A DNA stretch of 59,456 bases, from assembly GCA_030265395.1 (NCBI GenBank), contig JARFYF010000054.1, positions 22,368,168 to 22,427,623 of the forward strand. The letters run 5' to 3'. Positions 50,835-59,456 of the stretch are shown here, piece by piece. The translations under genes and the position numbers were made by a program. The notes beneath the pieces are model-generated. The model was not told where the DNA came from, did no database searches, and saw nothing but the letters and a program-made list of their open reading frames with translations. Position 1 is the stretch's first letter, and the number at the start of each line of letters is the position of its first letter. The DNA comes from Rhina ancylostomus. Lineage: Eukaryota.

Positions 50835-51935
50835 CATAAAATAAACCACAAAATGATGGAAGTACTTGGCAGATCAGGCTGCTTCTGTGGGAAGAGAAAC
50901 AGAGTTAATATTTCAGGCCTGTGAAGGAGAATAAAGAAGTTTCAGGGAGGATACAGGAGAGAGGATGTCTCTGGGGTAAAACAGGGGTGGTCATGGGGAT
51001 AAGCTGTAGGTAGGTGATCTGGTCATGGGTCAATGGGAGCTCTTAGAGAGTGAGAGCAGAAACAAAACAACATGGATTGTAGGAGTTCAAAATACAGAGC
51101 AGGAAGACGTTCCCGGCAGGTGAAGCTGGGCATGTCTTCCATTCCCAGAAAAAAATGAAAAAAAAAGATTTAAAAAAAAACAAGCTGAGCCAATATCACA
51201 GATTGATGACTGATACAGAGAGAAATGAAGTTACAGGAAGTTATAGAATTCAATACTGAGTCCAGAAGGCTGCAATATGCCCAGACCCAAGATGAGGTGT
51301 TGATGCTCAAGCTTGCATTGGGCCTTGTAACAATTCAGGAGCCAGGAAACTTGGGCTCGCCCCTGCAGACTGAACACGGGTGCTTCGTAAAGCAGTCACC
51401 CAAACTGCAATTGGTTTTTCCAGTGTAGAAGAAACCACATTGTGAACGCTGAATGCAGGACACCAGATTGGAAGAAGTGCAAACGAATCACTGCTTCATC
51501 TGGAAAGATTATTTGGGTCCCCTGATAGTGGGAAAGGACAAATGTTGCATTGCCTGCGGTTGTGAAGGGAAGTAACGCAAGAAGGTGGTTGGTGGGAATG
51601 GAAGAGGCACCAGGGAGTCATGAAGGGAACTGTCATTGTGCAATGCTGGAAGGGGAGGAGAGGAGAAGATGTCTGGTGGTGAAATCTCTTTGAAGGCAGC
51701 AGAAATTGGGGAGAATGATTTGTTGAATGCAGAGGTTAGTGGGGTGGAGGGTGAGAACCAGGGGAACTCCACCTGTTATCCCCCCCTGGAGACGGTGTGG
51801 GAACAGAGCCACAGAAAATGGATGAGATGCAGTCAAAGGCTTTGTTAACAATGGTGGCTGTTAAGCTCCAGTTCAGGAAGAAGGAAGACAGTTCAGTTAT
51901 ATGACTTATTGGTGTTTTTAATCTATCACCAATAA
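50835..51935 (-). mobile_element. Penelope-like element remnant: linker, GIY-YIG endonuclease and terminal repeat (pseudogenised)
   Basis: Minus-strand translations: VPLVLTLHPTNLCIQQII; FVCTSSNLVSCIQRSQCGFFYTGKTNCSLGDCFTKH (degenerate VY...YIG...R...H); CKLEHQHLILGLGILQPSGLSIEFYN (PxGLN motif). Stops and frameshifts present. Ends in the terminal-repeat family at 50835-50920. Confidence 0.85.
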
Positions 51936-51945
51936 AGACTGAACA

Positions 51946-53383
51946 GGAATGGAATTGGTTTATTATTGTCACTTGTACCTCTGTACAGTGAAAAAGTTGT
52001 CTTGCAGAGTGTTCATACAGATCAATTCATTGCAACAGTGCATTGAGGTAGTACAAAGTAAAACAATAACAGGATGCTGAATAGAGTGTTACAGCTACAA
52101 AGAAAGTGCAGTGCAGGTAGACAGTAAGGTACAAATTCACAACCAGGTAGATTGAGGACAAGAGTCCATCTTATCATACGAAGGAAGCATTCAATAGCCT
52201 TATAACAGCAGGATAGAAACTGTTCTTGAGCCTGGTGGTTCATGCTTTTGTATCTTCTGCCTGATAGGAGAGGGCAGAAGAGAGATTGGGCGGGGTGTTT
52301 GATTATGTTGGCTGCTTTACTGAGGCAGTGAGAGATATAGACAAGAGGCCATTGAGGGGAAGCTGGTTTCCGTGATGTGCTGAGCTGTGTCCACAACTCT
52401 GCAGTTTCTTGTGGTCATGGGCAAAGCAGTTGCCATACCAAGCCATGGTGTATCCAGATAGGATGCTTTCTGTGGCGCATTGCTAAAAATTGGTGTGTGT
52501 CAAAGGGGACGTGCCAAATTTCTTTAGCCTCCTAAGGAAGTAGAGGCACTGGTGAGCTTTCTTGGCCATGGAATCCACGTGGTTGGACCAGTACAGGCCA
52601 TAGGTGAAGTTCACTCCAAGGACTTNNNNNNNNNNNNNNNNNNNNNNNNNNNNNNNNNNNNNNNNNNNNNNNNNNNNNNNNNNNNNNNNNNNNNNNNNNN
52701 NNNNNNNNNNNNNNNNNNNNNNNNNNNNNNNNNNNNNNNNNNNNNNNNNNNNNNNNNNNNNNNNNNNNNNNNNNNNNNNNNNNNNNNNNNNNNNNNNNNN
52801 NNNNNNNNNNNNNNNNNNNNNNNNNNNNNNNNNNNNNNNNNNNNNNNNNNNNNNNNNNNNNNNNNNNNNNNNNNNNNNNNNNNNNNNNNNNNNNNNNNNN
52901 NNNNNNNNNNNNNNNNNNNNNNNNNNNNNNNNNNNNNNNNNNNNNNNNNNNNNNNNNNNNNNNNNNNNNNNNNNNNNNNNNNNNNNNNNNNNNNNNNNNN
53001 NNNNNNNNNNNNNNNNNNNNNNNNNNNNNNNNNNNNNNNNNNNNNNNNNNNNNNNNNNNNNNNNNNNNNNNNNNNNNNNNNNNNNNNNNNNNNNNNNNNN
53101 NNNNNNNNNNNNNNNNNNNNNNNNNNNNNNNNNNNNNNNNNNNNNNNNNNNNNNNNNNNNNNNNNNNNNNNNNNNNNNNNNNNNNNNNNNNNNNNNNNNN
53201 NNNNNNNNNNNNNNNNNNNNNNNNNNNNNNNNNNNGCCGTGAGCAGCCGCTCGAAGTGCTTCATGATGGTGGATGTCAGAGCCACCGGGTAGTCGTCATT
53301 AAGGCACATTACCTTGCTTTTCTTAGGTACTGGGATGATAGTGGTCTTCTTAAAGCAGGTGGGAACCTCAGATTGAAGAATGG
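51946..53383 (-). mobile_element. Rex1/Babar-like LINE fragment spanning a 610-N gap
   Basis: [22 protein letters not shown] (RT N-terminal motif NDYRPVALTS) and CLSKAANIIKHP...LFCPLLSGRRYKS (Rex1-type C-terminus). Confidence 0.8.
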
Positions 53384-56300
53384 AATGTTTATTGGACTAA
53401 AGAAAGCCTTCCTTTGGAAGCCACAGTGCTGAGAATTACATGTAAAAGAGAACAATCACAACTTTGCAACAATAAGGAGCTGTGAAATAAAATCTTGACG
53501 GGGAAGCTTGGAAGAGAAATTATGCCTTCTTGGCAGATGGGGCATAAGCTGTGTGAAGACCAACATACAGTCACAAAACAGCCTGCTTTGAAGATGGTAT
53601 TGCCAAAATCCAAGAAAATTTAGCACATTTGGAAGGCTTCAGTTTTGAATAGCTGCTTTATGTTTGGTGCAATATATGATGGTAAACATGAATCTGGTGG
53701 AGTGAGGTAATTAAGGGCTTCACTTCTCTTCAGCTATTCATATAGATCATTACTAAACCTTTTTATAACTCCATATGCCTGCCTTGGCTCCATTACCCTT
53801 AATGCTCTTATTTGACATCTATCTGTCTTAATTTTTAATTGACTTTACCTTGGACATGTTGAAGGGAGTCTCAGGTTGACAGAGTGATGGTCAAGAAATA
53901 TTTCTAAACAGCATCAATTAAAAGCTTGGCTTAATTTTTTGCTACCTGCTGAATCCCCACCAGAGGAAATAGTTTCTATTAAGCTAGTTTGAACTGCCCA
54001 GTTTCCTTCATTTCCCATGTTCAAGGGTATCTAAGGAAATTTAATTACACTGACAACTGTATCTCACATTGTGCTTGCATCTACCTGGAGAACCTTCCCT
54101 GCAGATGTCCAACTTTCACACCAATGAGTCGATGGAAACATTCCCACCGCACTAACCAGGTCAAAACTAAATTAGAAAGCATCCAGCAAGAGCAATAACT
54201 GGCATTTTTTAGCATACCTTACTGAAGTTTACAGATGGAGCATAATACTGTGTGTCTGCAGTTTCTGCTTCAATACTATCGATCGCAAATAGCCCCCGTG
54301 CATCACAAAACTATGGGCTGATGATGTGCTAAATGAGAATACTGGCCAGTGGTCAGTTTCTCCCGTGAGTTGTATCATCATGGAAGTAAATAGATGATCT
54401 GTTCCCAGACAGCCTCCTGCCAGTAGCATGAATGCCCGAGACACAAGAAACAAAGGAGCATTTAGAGACACTAGTCGGCATAAAGAAACTTGTTATTACA
54501 AGAAAGAGGATTACATGGGAATTCGGATGATTGCAAGCCATCTTTATTCTGTTTAAACTCCCACTATAATTTGATTTTTGGCATTGTGAAATGCTTCATG
54601 TTCCAAATGAAATCCTATCTGTGACATTCTTATTTTATGAGGATAACTGTAATTTACTTGCAATTTCATTGCTTATGAGTTATCCATTTAGTTTCACTCA
54701 TGATAATGAAATACGTATTACACAAGGGGGCTTTTCTGTTTAAACTGTGAAGGTTTAATCATATTTGCCAACCCAAGCAACATTGAATGACAGATATTCC
54801 TGTCTCAAAATATCCAAAACATAATCTTGAATAGATGATGTCCAGGCGAAAGTTTTCACCAGAGAGGATACTTTAATGTAAAGCAAACCTTAACTGGAGA
54901 AGGTTGCCATTTGAGTTTTTTCCCCAGAGTGTGTCTAACCACTTTCCACTGCAGTTGAATCAGAATACTCCTTGTTAAAGAGGGAATCTGCAATAACCAT
55001 TTGGGTTGCACCTAGCCGTCAAGTGGTTGAGTTACTCTGAAAGATGAAAACAGTTTTGTGCAAACGTTGTTCAGAGCGCCTTTGGCGCCAAAATGGTGTC
55101 ATCCTGGCTGGAATCCCGGGAGTCTGTCTTCCAGTGACGCACAAAACCAATGAAGGGCTATAGCAGCGAGAAGCTTAAAGTGTCCCCTTCTAAAACAACA
55201 TGGCCCATAGAAGAATACAATTTCAAGCTTATTTTCTCTATTGCCAAAGTAGGGACTTTGGGGAAAATGTTATGTTTTGTGATGGGCTGTGAATTAAGTG
55301 GTAGCAAATCTGCAGCCTGGGTGGGATGTATCCTGCTTTGATTTTCCTTTTGAGTAACTTCAGTTGAAGTCAATGGCATGGGTGCATTATGGGCAACTCA
55401 TTTGCTGCCATCCATTTTCTGCTTTTGCTGACATGCAAATGTCCCTCAAGGTCCAACAATTTTTCCTGTTGCAATCCATGCTACGATGCTACACATTTAT
55501 TCACTAGATTCTTCAAGGTTAAATATTCTCTGGGGTACAAGCACAGTACTGGCTCAAAGCAGTAAGAAAGCTCACAGTAGTTGGTCAGCATTAGAGATGA
55601 TTGACAATCACTAACACCTGCCACTTAGCATCACCTGAAATATCAGTATGATTTCAGGAGAGGCAATGCATAAGGGCACAGAAAACAACGGGTTACCAAT
55701 AATTATTATGTGCAGTTGACAGACAGGAATGAGAAAGCTATGTTGAAAATATTTAAATTTCTCTCAGCAAATTTCCATTTTAATATTTAGAAAATAACAT
55801 GCAGTTTTCAGATGCAGAAGAGAATGTTAGGTGTAGCATTTTAATAGTGAAATCTAATTTCTGGGAAAAAATATTTATCAGAAGCTAACTGATGGTTTGA
55901 AATGGATGCCTGTAAATAGGAGTTGAGTTATTGCAAAGCGTCACTTCATTTTCAAGTTAAACTGGGCAGATTGATTAAAAAGGTCTCAACTTAAACAAGG
56001 TTAAATGTATGCGAGATAGCATAATTAAGGATGAAGTGGTTAAGCACCATGATAAGTTTCAACTGATCAGAGAGAGACAGCTTGCATTTGTGACAGGCAG
56101 GTCTTATGTGAAACCAACAGCTATAGATGCCACTTCTGTGGACTTTCAACTGGCCTTCATTAAGATCCCTCAAGAGACCATTAGCTGAACTTGAAGTTTG
56201 TGGACTTTTAAACAAATTGTTGACCTGGTGAAGGGATTTCTCGAATATAGAGAAATAGAGTAGGGATAGTGTGTAGGATGTGACTGATAACATCCTGCAG

Positions 56301-57814
56301 GCATCCATGTTAGGGCAACAATAATTCATCATACTTGGTTGGAACTTTGTTGACCAGTTACAACATGGCTCCAAATTTGCCCATGACACAAGTTAAGGTT
56401 GGGTTTTAACAAATGCAAAGAGCAGGATGGAATTGCAAGGACCTATCAAAAAGCTAAATAAAAGGGAAAAGCTGTGGCAAATGGAATGTGAGGTCTTTTA
56501 TTTGGAGCTAAGTAAGAATGGACCAGAGTACTTTCTGAACCATTGAAGATCCCCACCCAGCCTTTTATTCATTAAAAGTGGTTTGTAAGTAAAGTTAACA
56601 AGAAATTTGAAGTATGCTCTTCTCTTGACACCAATATTGTAGCAGCCTGTTGAATTTTCCTTCTGAAATTTGGTTCCATTGAAGTCTGGTGCACCACTGA
56701 GCCCAAGGGAATAGTCTAGAAGGACCAACATTTCTAGCACAAAATAATGGAAGAGTAATCTCAAATTCTCAACCAACTGGATAGTGGTTAAATTTAATAA
56801 AGTAATATTTGGACAGATCTTCTATTTACTTCAAAAAGAACTTGAACTATTTTATATGACATAGTCCATTTGTGAGCTTGCTCTCAGTGAGGAGTTAAAA
56901 ATGAGCTCATACAGGTTTAAATATTAAACATGGTTGAAGTAGGTGATTGCTTTGCAGAATTGCTGTTGCTTTTATCATTATGGATAAATGTTATCTGTCA
57001 ATATAAAATTGGTGAAAATCTGGCTATTTTTCTGCATAGTTATGATGAAGGTACCAGTTTTCCAGTGAACTAAAATGGCCAAAGGAGCCAACTTTGAATG
57101 TCGACTTTTAACTTAATTCTGTAATATGAATATGTGACACATTGTAAGTATCTTCACTCCCCAGTAAAATCATAAATTAGGCTAAAGATCAATAGCTTAC
57201 TTTGTTGTTTTATTCAGGCTGAGGCAAATTGTTGTTGAATGTTTGATTCTGACTGATAGATGAATGCAGTCTTACCATCATCAAGATCACTAGGGTGAAG
57301 ATTAAAATCAGTCTGCCCTGTCATTAACTTGGGAGAGTAGGGAAGCCATTGCTCTGGCAACCTGCCTAGTAGCACACTTCACTCTTGGTGGAATAAACAG
57401 GATGCAGTTGACTCCAGATGTGTTTGATCCAAGCATAGAGTGCCATTGAGGAAAACTGCATCAATCCATCTCCATTATGTTAAGCTTTTGATCTGAGCTG
57501 TGCTTTCCCCTTTTGTCTGTCTGTCAGAGACTAGCTGTTAGTGAAGTTTTACTTTGAATTCAGAGTTGGATGTACAGCATTGCCAAAGAAGTGATTTTAT
57601 GACTAAATTAAAAGACCGTAAAAAAAAACAAACCAAAGACNNNNNNNNNNNNNNNNNNNNNNNNNNNNNNNNNNNNNNNNNNNNNNNNNNNNNNNNNNNN
57701 NNNNNNNNNNNNNNNNNNNNNNNNNNNNNNNNNNNNNNNNNNNNNNNNNNNNNNNNNNNNNNNNNNNNNNNNNNNNNNNNNNNNNNNNNNNNNNNNNNNN
57801 NNNNNNNNNNNNNN

Positions 57815-58005
57815 CTGTGCCCACCCCACCTCTCCCCCCGTTTGTCCACCTACCACTGCCCTGCTGTTCCCTCCTATATATTGGGCTTCCCCTTTTTCTA
57901 TCTTCAGTCCTGAAGAAGGGTCCTGACCTGAAACGTTGACTACCTGCTTTTCTCCACGGATACTGCCTGGCCTGCTGAGCTCCTCCAGCATCATAGTGTT
58001 TATCA
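57815..58005 (+). mobile_element. Penelope-like element 3' end / terminal repeat
   Basis: Pyrimidine-rich PLE 3' region after the gap, then the hammerhead motif, then gctgagctcctccagcatc. Confidence 0.75.
57906..57941 (+). ncRNA. Minimal type I hammerhead ribozyme motif, core intact, sense to the host pre-mRNA
   Basis: AGTC-CTGAAGA-A-GGGT(CCTG)ACCT-GAA-ACGT-T-GACT: 4-bp stem I, 4-bp stem II (one G-U), palindromic ACGU, GUU triplet. Confidence 0.65.
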
Positions 58006-58014
58006 CAGCGATTT

Positions 58015-58132
58015 TATTTCTGGTGTTCCATCCAATATTTATCCTTCAACAGACACCACTGTAAGAGATTATCTGGCCATTATCTCATTGCTGTTTGTGA
58101 ACATCTGGTGTGTACAAAGTAGTTGCCACCAA
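58015..58132 (+). mobile_element. DeuSINE-like Deu-domain fragment
   Basis: ccaatatttatccttcaacagacaccactgtaagagattatctggccattatctcattgctgtttgtg closely matches the recalled AmnSINE1/SacSINE1 core. Confidence 0.7.
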
Positions 58133-58867
58133 AAGTCATTTCCATGACTCCTTCAGATATTGTAGACTTTCCAAGATGATCAGGAGGGCAGTTTGAGCTG
58201 AAGTACTGGTTTAGATTGCATTTAGCACAAGATGACATCTTGAAAATGATACCAGACTTCAGTTAGGAGGGGCTTCCTGGAGTACCTGGTAACTGGTTTG
58301 CAACTTAAACCATTAATGAGATTGTGCAGCTTTTGCAGGATAGCATTTGGTCACATGTCTTTGATGTAATATAATCAGCTGATTTGGAATGAACGAGTCA
58401 TTGCTGAGGACCTTGAGCTCTACTTAAATGTACTGTTTATGTTGCTGAATGTTGGACACTTTCGATGTATCCTGTGATGGTTTACTGAGCCTTCAGGAAC
58501 AATGTAGACATTTCTTCCTGAACTTCTCTGAGGCAACACCTTAAAAGAGTAAGCATTGGTCTCCTCTGTTATGTCGGACGCCATGTAGGAGTTACTTAGA
58601 GAGAGTACTTGGTCTAGTCCATCTCAATAAAGGTTTCTCTTGACCTGCATATTGTCTGAGAGGAGATAATGCCAGCCAGATCAGCATCAGGGAGGAACAA
58701 AGGGGCAAGGTGGACTCTTTCCCCTCTGTAGCTACAGGAAATTCCTTTCTTTCTGGACCTTCTCAAACAGGAGCTTCTGTTCTGTACATCCTCTTCCTCT
58801 GCTTCTGAGGTGCATCAAAATCTTTCGACTTTGTGGTGTCCAACATCGTGTTCACTTTCAGTGGAAT

Positions 58868-59082
58868 ATGAACAAAAAATGCTGGAAATATTTAAGTCAG
58901 GTAGCATCTGTCAAGAGACAAACAGAGTTAACAATTTCACGTCGCTGAGCTTCCATCAGAATTTTGGTGTAGAATTGATGAAAGCTTATCAAGCTGAAAC
59001 AAAAACAGCAGAAGCTCAGTTTCTTTCTCTGCAGGTGCTGCCTGACCTACTGTGTATTTCCAGCTTCACCAGTTTTATTTTG
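58868..59082. mobile_element. Older inverted-pair Penelope-derived element
   Basis: gctggaaata...gtcaggtagcatctg on the left versus caggtgctgcctgac...tatttccagc on the right. Hammerhead-like TTGATGA-A-AGCTT(ATC)AAGCT-GAAAC at 58975-59000. Confidence 0.7.
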
Positions 59083-59284
59083 CTTTTTGATCATTTTCAG
59101 TGGAAGTGGGTGAGTGAAATCCAAACATTACTGCTCCACAAGAGTTGCTTCTAATTGGAACTTTGTGCTAAACCAGCAGGTGTCTGTTTTTGCACCTCCA
59201 GGCAAACTTAAATTATAGAGAAATTAGGCCAAAAATTGCACAGCAAATTCAAACAAGCGTGTCTTCTTAGCCTCATGCTCATTT

Positions 59285-59456
59285 AAGATAAGATTTCTTC
59301 ATTAGTCACATGTACATCAAAACACAAAGTGAATTGCATCGTTGTGTAGAGTGTTTTGGGGATAAGCCGCAAGTGTCGCCACGCTTCCGGCACCAACATA
59401 GCATGCCCACAACTTCCTAACCCATATGTCTTTGGAATGTGGGAGGAAACTGGAGC
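59285..59456 (-). mobile_element. V-SINE (42409 family), runs off the end of the window
   Basis: attagtcacatgtacatcaaaacac...tttggaatgtgggaggaaactggagc. Confidence 0.75.

Noticed and set aside
52552-53309. ORFs longer than 200 aa
   Set aside because: Artefacts of the 610-N gap. The real residues are LINE RT fragments.
25097-59456. Further AUTS2-family exons (exon 3, LKPGQNSCRDSDSES-like)
   Set aside because: No matching peptide seen in the ORF track or by eye. A short exon could have been missed, or could lie in a gap.

Overview
This is vertebrate genomic DNA, most likely from a cartilaginous fish and probably a ray. That call rests on the repeats: HE1-like V-SINEs, HER1/CR1 tails, DeuSINE-like elements, Rex1-like LINEs and Penelope-like elements. 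The only convincing coding sequence is one 210-nt phase 0/0 exon on the + strand (24887-25096). It matches exon 2 of the AUTS2 family: closest to AUTS2, with FBRSL1 not excluded. The rest is intron 1 and intron 2, filled with decayed retroelements, seven N-gaps and AT-rich unique blocks that look like conserved enhancers. The most interesting non-genic signal is a family of short Penelope-derived terminal repeats (at least 12 copies), often arranged as inverted pairs. Several have 11-14 bp target-site duplications. They carry a minimal type I hammerhead ribozyme motif (CAGTC-CTGANGA-A-stem II-GAAACGTH-GACTG), whose catalytic core is intact at 29597-29634 (-) and 57906-57941 (+). Other notable features: a probable solo LTR with tandem U3 repeats, a CR1-type LINE with a tRNA-like head and no RT domain, and a fold-back DNA junction at one insertion. 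Family names come from recalled consensus sequences, not a database search, and most repeat boundaries are approximate.
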